This document shows positions 38,017 through 45,862 of a DNA stretch of 64,000 nucleotides, piece after piece (positions within the stretch are counted from its first letter, which is position 1; each line of letters begins with the position of its first letter). Both the position numbers and the translations under genes were made by a program. The DNA is taken from the IMG/VR virus record IMGVR_UViG_3300018962_000001, positions 121,705-185,704 of that record; one strand, given 5' to 3'. This stretch comes from a virus. The notes under the pieces were generated by a model that saw nothing but the letters and a program-made list of their open reading frames with translations, did not search any database and had not been told where the DNA came from.

Positions 38017-38655
38017 ATGATGGCATCCAACATGATTCAAGCGACGGTTGAGATCCAGGGAACGAAGCCACTGTTGTGGCACGCCTTTACGCCCGACAGC
38101 ATTCCGGCGGACGGCAAGAAGGAAAAGACCGGGGTGGCGGGTAACGATCCCCAGGAATGGCGGCGATCCTTCCTGGCGGATCACGAAGGCCGCTTGTTTG
38201 TGAACCCGGAATACATCTTCGGCTGCCTGCGCGATGGCGCGCGACACACCAAAAAAGGCCGTGGATCGATTATGTCGAATGTGGCGGCAACGCTTCAGAT
38301 CGTGGACGAGCGGATCTACACCGATCGCTATTTCCCACGCAACGGCGCGACTGGCCCCTTTGATCCGGCATCGGCGGATCGCCCGCCGATCGAGATCACC
38401 GAGCCGGTTTATCTCGACGTGCGATCGGTGAAGAACCCGTCCACGAAAGGTCGGAACGTCCGCTACCGGGTGGCGGCGAGTCCAGGGTGGCGGGCGAGCT
38501 TTACGATTCTGTGGGACAAAACCATTGTCAGCCGCACCGAGATGGAGGCGGTCATTACTGATGCGGGCCGACTCGTCGGGCTGGGTGATGGCCGATCGAT
38601 CGGCTTTGGTCGATTCATGGTGGTGCCAGGGTCCATCACGTTTACCGAGGTCTAG
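38017..38655 (+). CDS. solo RAMP / Cas7-like RNA-binding protein (Vipr-like)
   Basis: N-terminal strand ATVEIQGTKPLLWH, FVNPEYIFGCLRDGA helix, WRASFTILWD strand and C-terminal glycine-rich loop AGRLVGLGDGRSIGFGRF, all typical of RAMP/Cas7; AAGGAG RBS; no other cas genes in the window. Confidence 0.75.
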   Translation: MMASNMIQATVEIQGTKPLLWHAFTPDSIPADGKKEKTGVAGNDPQEWRRSFLADHEGRLFVNPEYIFGCLRDGARHTKKGRGSIMSNVAATLQIVDERIYTDRYFPRNGATGPFDPASADRPPIEITEPVYLDVRSVKNPSTKGRNVRYRVAASPGWRASFTILWDKTIVSRTEMEAVITDAGRLVGLGDGRSIGFGRFMVVPGSITFTEV

Positions 38656-38665
38656 AGTCTTTCGA

Positions 38666-38724
38666 GGCGAGGCATGGTGAGGTGAGGTATGGGGTGGTTG
38701 GCGAGGTACGGCCTGGCAAGGAGT
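38666..38724 (+). repeat. GG(Y)NN pentamer tract between the RAMP and HNH genes
   Basis: ggcga ggcat ggtga ggtga ggtat ggggt ggtt ggcga ggtac ggcct ggcaa ggagt, running into the HNH RBS. Confidence 0.75.
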
Positions 38725-38730
38725 TTGAAC

Positions 38731-39048
38731 ATGGGCATGAAACGACAACCTCCGAAGATCTGGGAAGGAACCCGCAAACGAATATTCGAACGCGATCGGG
38801 GGATCTGCCAATCTCCCCTGGCTCCACCCCTGTGTCAAGGGAAACGCGGCGAGTTAACGCTTGCCACGGCGCATATCGACCACCGGCGAAGCGGTCGGTT
38901 TGGCACGAATGCGGATAGCAACCTCCGGGTGCTCTGCCGCGCGTGCCACGTCCTCCGCGACGATCCGCGCCACCGAGGCATGATCGGCGGAGCCTTGCGC
39001 GACGGGATCATCCCTCCCCATTGGCGGGAGCTAACCTGGGGAGAGTAG
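38731..39048 (+). CDS. HNH endonuclease
   Basis: W...RKRIFERDRGICQ...C...AHIDHRRS...GTNADSNLRVLCRACH; AAGGAG RBS 7 nt upstream. Confidence 0.85.
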   Translation: MGMKRQPPKIWEGTRKRIFERDRGICQSPLAPPLCQGKRGELTLATAHIDHRRSGRFGTNADSNLRVLCRACHVLRDDPRHRGMIGGALRDGIIPPHWRELTWGE

Positions 39049-39270
39049 ATGGGTCGTCCAAGGCACAGAACGGGTGCCGTGCGCCAGCTGCCGTGGCGCA
39101 GAGTCGTCACGGCAGCACGTGATGGCGGAATCATGGGGGCGGTGCTGGGAGGGGTGTTCTTTGGCCCTTCTGGCGCGCTGGTGACCAGCTTAGTAGGAGC
39201 GGTGGCAGCGGCGGCGGTTCGCTGGTATCGAAGCGTCAAGGCGAGAGGTCGCATGGGAAGGCATGGATGA
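39049..39270 (+). CDS. small membrane protein with glycine-zipper-like helices
   Basis: GGIMGAVLGGVFFGPSGALVTSLVGAVAAAAVRW; starts immediately after the HNH stop. Confidence 0.45.
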   Translation: MGRPRHRTGAVRQLPWRRVVTAARDGGIMGAVLGGVFFGPSGALVTSLVGAVAAAAVRWYRSVKARGRMGRHG

Positions 39271-39626
39271 TCGTGGATCGATCCCACTTCTCGGTTGGGC
39301 AAGCGAGGGTCTGGCAAGGACAGGCAAGGCTTGGCTCGGCAGGGTCGGGTTCGGCTGGGCAAGGATACTGGTGTTTCCAGTACCATCGATTGGGTGTGGC
39401 GGGGCGGTGGTAGGGTGGGGCTTGGCTTGGTCCGGCACGGCAGGGATGATGGTGTCTCCATTCCACCTCATGGTCGGGCGAGGAGGGGCGAGGCAGGGCT
39501 AGGCGGGGCAAGGTGAGGCCCGGCAAGGTTCGGCACCGATCCTCGTGTCATCGAGGCCACCACGGGGTATGCCGAGGCGTGGTAAGGTGAGGCTAGGCTG
39601 CGGTGAGGTCCGGCGAGACGGGGAAC
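39240..39626 (+). repeat. array 2: GG(Y)NN pentamer tracts separated by hairpin spacers (candidate guide-RNA array)
   Basis: Tracts at 39240-39264 (degenerate), 39293-39362, 39393-39443, 39472-39536 and 39566-39626; spacers (G/C)GAT-5-bp stem-TG..T loop-stem-(A)CCA at 39265, 39363, 39444 and 39537. Confidence 0.85.
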
Positions 39627-39654
39627 AGGACGGGTGCTGGTCACCCGTCCTGTT
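39624..39654. terminator. 13-bp hairpin between converging transcripts (array 2 and tail chaperone)
   Basis: AACAGGACGGGTG-CTGGT-CACCCGTCCTGTT. Confidence 0.65.
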
Positions 39655-40090
39655 GATTCTCCGGTGCCTGGTCGGCGAACTCATCAACCTTGTTGGCACG
39701 TTTGTAGGCTTGCCAGAAGGCTGACTGCATCGGCGGCGGCGGCGGCGGGGCGAATGGATCTTGATAGACCTTCTCAAACGGCGGCAGCGCCTGCGGTTTC
39801 TTGCCACCGAACGCGGGTCCAAGGACGCGGGCCAGGGCGGTTTCGAGGGCCATAATCTGACTCATTTGCTGGTCCCAGCGATTCCGCGCGACCTGCTGGT
39901 ACTCGCGATGGAGTCGCCGCCACCGCCAGCCCAGCACCTCCTCCAGGGGCAAATGCCGGGTTGCCACGATCTCGGTCACCATGTCGTCGATCAGGGTGCC
40001 AATGGCTCCTATGATGTCGAAGGCGAGTTGACCACCGTTGCGCCAGCTGGTGGTGGAGTCTTGGCCGGTTGTTGATTGCGCTTGCCCCAC
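39641..40090 (-). CDS. tail assembly chaperone frameshift extension (gpT-like)
   Basis: Overlaps the chaperone gene in the -1 frame and is open from the slippery site at 40120-40126. Confidence 0.65.
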   Translation of the reverse strand: MGQAQSTTGQDSTTSWRNGGQLAFDIIGAIGTLIDDMVTEIVATRHLPLEEVLGWRWRRLHREYQQVARNRWDQQMSQIMALETALARVLGPAFGGKKPQALPPFEKVYQDPFAPPPPPPMQSAFWQAYKRANKVDEFADQAPENQQDG

Positions 40091-40674
40091 AGCTCCACCG
40101 CTTGCCGGGCGAGCGTGAAGTTTCCCAGTGCCGCTGCCAAGTCTTCGGACTGCCGGATGCGCCAGGCCAGTGCCTTCACAATCGGCGCGACCTTTACATC
40201 GTCCTCCGACAGCTGCCGGAAAAACAACTCCGCCTCTTTCTTCTGGTGATCCTTGCCACCGAACAACACGATCGCGGCAATCCGCAAAAAGTGTTGCACA
40301 TTGATGGTTGCAAGCAAGGCGAAGATCGTGGCTTCAAATGGCTGCGCCGACTGGACCTTGCCGTTCACCAGCGCTGTAAACGCACTGCCCAGCTGCCCGG
40401 CGAGGTATTTTTCAGCCCGCAACGACACGTCCCCAATCACATTACACAGTGCCAAGATCGCGTGAATATCGGGTTCTCCGATCTCAAAGACTCGTCCGCC
40501 AAAGGTGACTCGATAGTCCACCACTTCCTCGACCACCGCCTCCGTAGGCCCGTCCTCGGCAGCTGGTGGAAACAAGGGTTCATCGGGCGCAGCGATCGGT
40601 TCCGATCCCCAGAGCGATTGGTCGTTGGGCAAGGGAGCCTGGCCCCCCAGGTCGAAGCTATTGCCGTCTGCCAT
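40009..40674 (-). CDS. tail assembly chaperone (gpG-like)
   Basis: Located between tail tube and tape measure genes; in-frame G GGA AAC heptamer near the 3' end. Confidence 0.7.
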   Translation of the reverse strand: MADGNSFDLGGQAPLPNDQSLWGSEPIAAPDEPLFPPAAEDGPTEAVVEEVVDYRVTFGGRVFEIGEPDIHAILALCNVIGDVSLRAEKYLAGQLGSAFTALVNGKVQSAQPFEATIFALLATINVQHFLRIAAIVLFGGKDHQKKEAELFFRQLSEDDVKVAPIVKALAWRIRQSEDLAAALGNFTLARQAVELWGKRNQQPAKTPPPAGATVVNSPSTS

Positions 40675-40686
40675 AGCGAATCCTTC

Positions 40687-41352
40687 TTAGGTAAGCTCAA
40701 ACAAGAGTCCGAAGTCCGAGCCGTCCGTGACGCCGGGATCGGGCAGGATGTTAAAGCTAAACTCGTTCGTGGTCGTGCCACGCGATTGAATTTGGAAGTC
40801 TCCGGCGGAGGCGATCCGCGCTTTCCGCAAGAAGAACATGCGAATCTTGCCGGTCACATCATTTTGCTGGAGCACCACCAGCGGGCGCTCGATCAAGGCA
40901 GATGGCGCACCAAGCCCTACCCGTCGCTGCGCAGCGTTGGCGGGCGTCCCGCTCGGGTTTGCGGAAATCGCGGTGATCGCGCCGAGTGCCCACAACCATT
41001 TCATACGGTCGAGACTGGTATCCATACTGGTCCCGCCGAGCGTCATGGCAAAGTTATTCGGACGACCGCCGCGCAGCGGATAATCGCGTTGATCGATATT
41101 GATGCCGTCTTGTATATCAAAGCTGCGACCGAGCGTAATTCCATCCTCACTGGTCGCCCCGAAGTCATGATAGCCATCTTCCAGGGCGTAGCTCGTCAGA
41201 TTCAGGATGTCCTCAATGTAGCGCGGCACCGCCTGAGTCGGCACCGGCGTTTCCGGCGCGACCGCGGCATAAACGAGGCGTGCCCCGCCTTGCCAGATGC
41301 GCGCATCTGCGCTGGCATCAATACTAATGGCACTAACCAGTTGCGTTGCCAT
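40687..41352 (-). CDS. major tail (tube) protein
   Basis: DFGATSEDGITLG motif, 221 aa, position upstream of the chaperone. Confidence 0.75.
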   Translation of the reverse strand: MATQLVSAISIDASADARIWQGGARLVYAAVAPETPVPTQAVPRYIEDILNLTSYALEDGYHDFGATSEDGITLGRSFDIQDGINIDQRDYPLRGGRPNNFAMTLGGTSMDTSLDRMKWLWALGAITAISANPSGTPANAAQRRVGLGAPSALIERPLVVLQQNDVTGKIRMFFLRKARIASAGDFQIQSRGTTTNEFSFNILPDPGVTDGSDFGLLFELT

Positions 41353-41365
41353 CTACTCCCTCCTT

Positions 41366-41875
41366 CTAGTCCGTTGAGTCGGTGCCACTGGTCCGACTTC
41401 CGCGACTTCCTGCACCAGTGGCACGGGGGGGAGTTCCAGGCGTGCTACCCGGTGTGGGATCGGCGGCGGTGCTCGTGTGGACCGTACCGGGTGCGTCCAC
41501 ACCGCCCTGCCCAACGCTTCCGCCGCCGCCGTGTGGCGTGGTTGCGCCCGTCGTCAGCGCGGCCCCCGACTGGAGATGCGCACTGATCTCCGCGGAGTAA
41601 CGCTGCTCGGCAAGCCGCCGCTGTTTCGGCGACAACCCCCGCAGCGCTTCGTCCCGGCTGGGCGGCGGCGTCGCTTCCTTGATGTGAAATTTAAAGTCAG
41701 GATGCCCGCGGAGATACTCGGCCATGTCGCCATCCACCGGAACGGCGACACCCCGCGCAAAGGTCAGGTCATCGATCTCGACCGCATCGGCGTAAAAGTG
41801 TCGCCCGGCCACGAACTCAGCCAGGTAGCTTGTGGGCTGATCCTGGGTGGGCGCATCATCTTGCTGCTTTGGCAT
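41366..41875 (-). CDS. hypothetical structural-module protein
   Basis: MPKQQDD...; low-complexity C-terminus. Confidence 0.55.
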   Translation of the reverse strand: MPKQQDDAPTQDQPTSYLAEFVAGRHFYADAVEIDDLTFARGVAVPVDGDMAEYLRGHPDFKFHIKEATPPPSRDEALRGLSPKQRRLAEQRYSAEISAHLQSGAALTTGATTPHGGGGSVGQGGVDAPGTVHTSTAADPTPGSTPGTPPRATGAGSRGSRTSGTDSTD

Positions 41876-41879
41876 CGCA

Positions 41880-42389
41880 TTATCCCATCGTTCCCAGCGC
41901 ATCGCGCGCCACCTGCCGCAAACGAGCGATCGTCTCGGCCTGCGTCCGCTGCCACGCGCGTTCAATAAATGGATTGGGCCGAGTACCGGGATGATTGACC
42001 TTCCGAAAGAAGTAGATCCCCCCGGTCCCAAACGGCGCATTCGGCCATTCAAACGCCAAGGCCCGGCCACGGCGCGATCGAATGACGTGAGGCGGTGATC
42101 CTTCCACGACCAGCGGGATCAGATCGGCATGCGGGCCTTCGGCAATGATTTGTGCTTGTGCCCGACCTGGCCCGAGCGAACGAATCCGATACGTGATCGA
42201 ATCGGCCATGTGCGGATCGGCCCGATTCGCCTCAGTTCGCACACCGCGCGGCGCTTCGGCACGCAGCGCCTCCACGACTCGCTCGGCTTCTTCCCGCAGC
42301 CGTTGGATCTGGGCACGCTCTAAACTGCTGGAATACCGGGCATAGCGACCTTGCGCATCGCGGAGTCCCGTCGTCGTCAGGGTAATCAT
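41880..42389 (-). CDS. HK97 gp10-like tail completion/neck protein
   Basis: LRAEAP.G...MADSI...VVEGSPPHVIR..RGRALAF.W...FFRKVNHPGTRPNPFIERA. Confidence 0.75.
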   Translation of the reverse strand: MITLTTTGLRDAQGRYARYSSSLERAQIQRLREEAERVVEALRAEAPRGVRTEANRADPHMADSITYRIRSLGPGRAQAQIIAEGPHADLIPLVVEGSPPHVIRSRRGRALAFEWPNAPFGTGGIYFFRKVNHPGTRPNPFIERAWQRTQAETIARLRQVARDALGTMG

Positions 42390-42919
42390 CGCGTGTACCT
42401 CACTTGCAGGCCGATCGTGGTTGATCCTCCGGCGAGCAGGCCCAACTCCGCGCCAATGTTCGGGCCGGTGTCCGGGCGCAGGCTCGATGCTTGGCCTTCG
42501 TCCACCGGCGGCGTGATCGACATGATCTCGTAGGGCCAGCGTGGCTCTGCGGCGAGGATCGTTTCCAGCAGGGCTTCGCCATACCGCCAGCCCATCAGGG
42601 TTGCTTCTCGTACAGTTGGTCCCAGGACCTGCCATTCCACCAGCACGCTGTGGAGCGCCAGCGCAATCTTCTGACTTGTCTGGCCCGGTAGCGGCGACCG
42701 AGGCGCAGCGATCACGGCTACGCGCGGAAAGTCGTCGATAAACAAATCCAGCACGTTCTCCCGAAAGCCGAACGTGATCTCGGCAGGCGGGGGGAGCACA
42801 ATCGGCTCACGGGCTGCCCAGCGCGTTTGCACCGTGCTCAGCCAGGTAGGCAGATCCGCGCGAATGGCCTCCTCGACGGCCCGCGCCACATACTCGGTTT
42901 GCAGCGCTGGTGTTGCCAC
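42386..42919 (-). CDS. putative tail terminator / head-tail joining protein
   Basis: Size and position in the neck cluster; coupled genes. Confidence 0.5.
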   Translation of the reverse strand: MATPALQTEYVARAVEEAIRADLPTWLSTVQTRWAAREPIVLPPPAEITFGFRENVLDLFIDDFPRVAVIAAPRSPLPGQTSQKIALALHSVLVEWQVLGPTVREATLMGWRYGEALLETILAAEPRWPYEIMSITPPVDEGQASSLRPDTGPNIGAELGLLAGGSTTIGLQVRYTR

Positions 42920-43290
42920 TAGCTCGGTCCTCCTCGATTCCGGCGAAGATGAATGTCCAGGCGATACACGATCCCCATCCCACCCTCGTCGTTGATTCGC
43001 CGGATACCATATTCGCCTTCTGTGACCATCCGATCATGCACAACCGTTGCTTTATCAGCGGTCGTGACCACGGGAATCCCGGTGGGAACGAGCGCTGCCG
43101 GAACGTACACCAAGAAATCCACATCATCATGATCGGGATCAGTCTGAATCACCGCCGCGAGATCCTGCCACTCCGGAATAGGCACCCAGGTTCGCGTTTC
43201 GTGAACAAAGCGCCAGATCGTGACCGTTCCATTAAACGCTTCGAGGTCTTGGAGCAGGCCGAGGGCATCCTCATCCGAAATCAGGCCCAT
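42919..43290 (-). CDS. putative head-closure protein
   Basis: 123 aa, beta-rich, in the neck cluster. Confidence 0.5.
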   Translation of the reverse strand: MGLISDEDALGLLQDLEAFNGTVTIWRFVHETRTWVPIPEWQDLAAVIQTDPDHDDVDFLVYVPAALVPTGIPVVTTADKATVVHDRMVTEGEYGIRRINDEGGMGIVYRLDIHLRRNRGGPS

Positions 43291-43778
43291 TCATCCTCCC
43301 GGACACCACCCAATGGGATCGGCGTCACGGACGCTTGGCGTCCGGCAACATGGTTGAGATGGATTAACGCCAGTTCCCAGGAGGCATCGGCTTCCACGAT
43401 CAGGCCGCGCTGCTGCATGGCAACCGCTGCCCCATACACTTTGTTATCCAGCAGATCCTTAAGATGGGCGAAGGTTTGGGATCGGGCCTTGCTCATCGCC
43501 AGCCCACCGCCCATTTGGACATTCACCTGCGGCACGGCCTTCCGAAGAAAGCGCAGCAGCGCGAAATAGGTCGCCGCCCACTGCACGTCATCCACCGAGC
43601 TATAGTGCAGGCCGGGGATTAACTCAGCAGGCGGCGGATGAATTCCACTAAACAACCGCAGGGTTGCGTCGAGGACGGGCTTATAGCCATCGGGATCGTC
43701 GCGATCCGACAGCTTAAGTTCAGCAGTGACCGCTGAAAACTCATTCCGTAGCCAACTCAGCAATTCCCCACGTAGCAT
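43281..43778 (-). CDS. putative head-tail adaptor protein
   Basis: 165 aa, helical, downstream of the capsid gene. Confidence 0.5.
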   Translation of the reverse strand: MLRGELLSWLRNEFSAVTAELKLSDRDDPDGYKPVLDATLRLFSGIHPPPAELIPGLHYSSVDDVQWAATYFALLRFLRKAVPQVNVQMGGGLAMSKARSQTFAHLKDLLDNKVYGAAVAMQQRGLIVEADASWELALIHLNHVAGRQASVTPIPLGGVREDEWA

Positions 43779-44332
43779 TAGCGCCTCTGCTGCTTGGTCG
43801 CGATCGGGACGCCATCGGCGTCCACTTCCACGCCACCGACGATATAGACCGGGCCGCCAGGTCCAGCCTGGTCTAAGCCCAGCCCGGCCAGTTCCGCAGC
43901 GGCACTCGCCGCCTGGGCGGATCGCAGGATTGCCTCACTAATCACGATCTGGCCGCCGCCGTGGGCCGCCGCCGCCGCCGACTGGGCTGCCTGAACATCC
44001 TGCGCCAACGTCCGTTCGCGCTGCGTTTGCTGCTGGATCGAGACCTGCGTGGTCGCCTGGGCTGCTTCCTCCGCGCGCGGCGCGCGCACTTCGCCCGTCG
44101 TTAGCTCTTTGCCATCCGGCGGATTCTGCGCCAAGGTGTCTGCGAGCGCCTGCTCCCGCGCCAAGCGTTCTTTTGTCGCCGCACGTAGCTCCTCGCGCCG
44201 GGCTTCCTGCTGCTCCTGTTCCTGGCGGGCTTGGGCCTCGGCGACCTCTTTCGTGGTCTGATCCGCGACCTTCGTGGCTTCCCGGTCCAGTGCCGCATCC
44301 CGCTTGGCCTGCTCGTCTTTCTTCTCAGCCAT
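43778..44332 (-). CDS. hypothetical A/E/Q-rich protein after the capsid gene
   Basis: AAAGGA RBS; 184 aa. Confidence 0.55.
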   Translation of the reverse strand: MAEKKDEQAKRDAALDREATKVADQTTKEVAEAQARQEQEQQEARREELRAATKERLAREQALADTLAQNPPDGKELTTGEVRAPRAEEAAQATTQVSIQQQTQRERTLAQDVQAAQSAAAAAHGGGQIVISEAILRSAQAASAAAELAGLGLDQAGPGGPVYIVGGVEVDADGVPIATKQQRR

Positions 44333-44374
44333 GATCGGTTCCTTTATGCCGTGCGCCCGGAGGCGCGATTCGGC

Positions 44375-45436
44375 CTAGATCGTTGGAGCCGTATAGGTTG
44401 CGCCCCCAACATAGAGGACGGCCCCGTTCGTCCTATTCCAGACCCCGATCCCAAACTCCCTGTCCATCGTCTGGGCGCGCAGTGGATAGTGCTCGTGGTC
44501 GGCAGCAATCGTCAGATCCCCGGCGAGACCACCATCACGGGTGCGCAGCACCAGCGGTTTCAGCGGCGAGGCGGCATCGAAGCAGAAAAGGTAGCCGGAT
44601 GGAACCCACGGCTTCACCCACACCTCCGCTGGCCCGAAGATCCCGATGGCGCGGTTATACATCGTGCCCATATCGAGAGTCCGACCCGGTGCGGTTCGCT
44701 CGTTGGCTCCCGGCTGAATCCGCATATCGAAATAGGGCGTGAAGTTCGAGAATGCCCGGAACGTGGCTTCCGACGCGCGATTGATATACAGCCGGACCCC
44801 TACGCCAAACCCGTGCTCGACCACCGTCTCAACCACGTTCAGCGCTGCCGCTTCGGTCAGCGTGGTGGTTGCGAGGTAGTGGGTATGTGTGCTTGAATCA
44901 AACGGCTGCCCGTAGGGATCGTTGGGGATGGCCGTCCCATCCGCATTGACCAACGCCCGCAGCGGCACGTTGACGTTATCCACCAACCGATCGATGTAGG
45001 CAAGGTTGTTCGTTGGGGTAAATAACGCACGCTTAATCTGCCGTTGGATATTCCGAATATCCGCCGTGCGGGCCGCGACATATTGTGCGTCCAGCTCGGC
45101 GACGGTTCGGTTCATCATGTAGAGTCGCGTCCATTGAATCGAGTACTGGAACAGGCGCATCGGAAAGCCCACGGTAACACCGGCGGCGATCTTCTGCGCG
45201 TCTGCCGTGCCGTACTCGTCAACTTCGACCATCTCGCCCTCGGCCACGCCACCGTAGCGGCGCTGGCGATCGACGGTCGGATCGACCAGATCCCCGATCA
45301 TTTCGCGCACAATCATATTGTGGGCATCGAGGTTGGCTTGAATCGCGGCGAACGCACGGTCCTCCCCAAACTGCGCAATCGTCTGATTGGCGGCCTGGGT
45401 GTCAAGGACCTGTAAGGTACCGTATGAGGTTGCCAT
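44375..45436 (-). CDS. major capsid protein
   Basis: 353 aa after scaffold and decoration genes; GEMVEVDEYG E-loop-like segment, THTHYL, and C-terminal REFGIGVWNRTNGAV, consistent with an HK97-fold MCP. Confidence 0.8.
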   Translation of the reverse strand: MATSYGTLQVLDTQAANQTIAQFGEDRAFAAIQANLDAHNMIVREMIGDLVDPTVDRQRRYGGVAEGEMVEVDEYGTADAQKIAAGVTVGFPMRLFQYSIQWTRLYMMNRTVAELDAQYVAARTADIRNIQRQIKRALFTPTNNLAYIDRLVDNVNVPLRALVNADGTAIPNDPYGQPFDSSTHTHYLATTTLTEAAALNVVETVVEHGFGVGVRLYINRASEATFRAFSNFTPYFDMRIQPGANERTAPGRTLDMGTMYNRAIGIFGPAEVWVKPWVPSGYLFCFDAASPLKPLVLRTRDGGLAGDLTIAADHEHYPLRAQTMDREFGIGVWNRTNGAVLYVGGATYTAPTI

Positions 45437-45448
45437 TGCAGATCCTCC

Positions 45449-45847
45449 CTAGTATGAGCGCATCGTATGGATGCGCGTGCCGTCGAGCGTTCGTCCAACC
45501 GGCACGGTGCCACCCGTCGAGGCCACCGTATCATAGCCACCCGGCACCGTGCCGGACAGGTACAAGAAGATTCCGGGCGTTAGGCCCGCGCCATAGCGCA
45601 CGTTCACATCGTAGTTCAACGTGCATGCTTCACCAATGGCCGCTGCCTGTAACGCCATACCGTCCACCACGGCGGCGGCATTGGCCGCCGCCCCGGACGA
45701 GCGGTAGATCCGCCCGTCCACTGCGGAGATATAGCACAGGTCACCGGCAGCGATCGGCTCGCCTGCGATCAAGCCCGTATAGCGATTAACGGCGGGCGGG
45801 ACCACATGCGAGAGGGTTGGAACCCCACTTTTCGCGATAGCAGCCAT
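45449..45847 (-). CDS. capsid decoration / cement protein
   Basis: AGEPIAAGDLCYI..DG...GMALQAAAIGEACT...GLTPG.FLYLS..VPG pattern; located between scaffold and MCP. Confidence 0.7.
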   Translation of the reverse strand: MAAIAKSGVPTLSHVVPPAVNRYTGLIAGEPIAAGDLCYISAVDGRIYRSSGAAANAAAVVDGMALQAAAIGEACTLNYDVNVRYGAGLTPGIFLYLSGTVPGGYDTVASTGGTVPVGRTLDGTRIHTMRSY

Positions 45848-45862
45848 AATGCTGAGACCTCA

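Noticed and set aside
37552..38071. ORF-track proteins over array 1 (e.g. 37552-37926 -, 37628-38071 -, 37642-37887 +) and the N-terminal extension 37888-38016
   Set aside because: They are translations of the pentamer repeats (G/W/R- or P-rich) with no RBS. The RAMP gene has a good RBS at ATG 38017.
37606..39626. Canonical CRISPR array
   Set aside because: There are no identical 23-47-nt direct repeats with unique spacers, and no cas1/cas2/cas6 in the window.
37606..39626. Simple microsatellite or G-quadruplex tract
   Set aside because: Units are not homogenised, tracts are delimited by conserved hairpins and are confined to the RAMP island. G4 formation by GG runs is possible but would not explain this organisation.
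39190..39855. ORF-track proteins over array 2
   Set aside because: Same repeat-derived artefact; the covarying hairpins point to RNA function.
40069..41586. 505-aa plus-strand ORF
   Set aside because: Antisense shadow of the tail tube and chaperone genes in GC-rich DNA.
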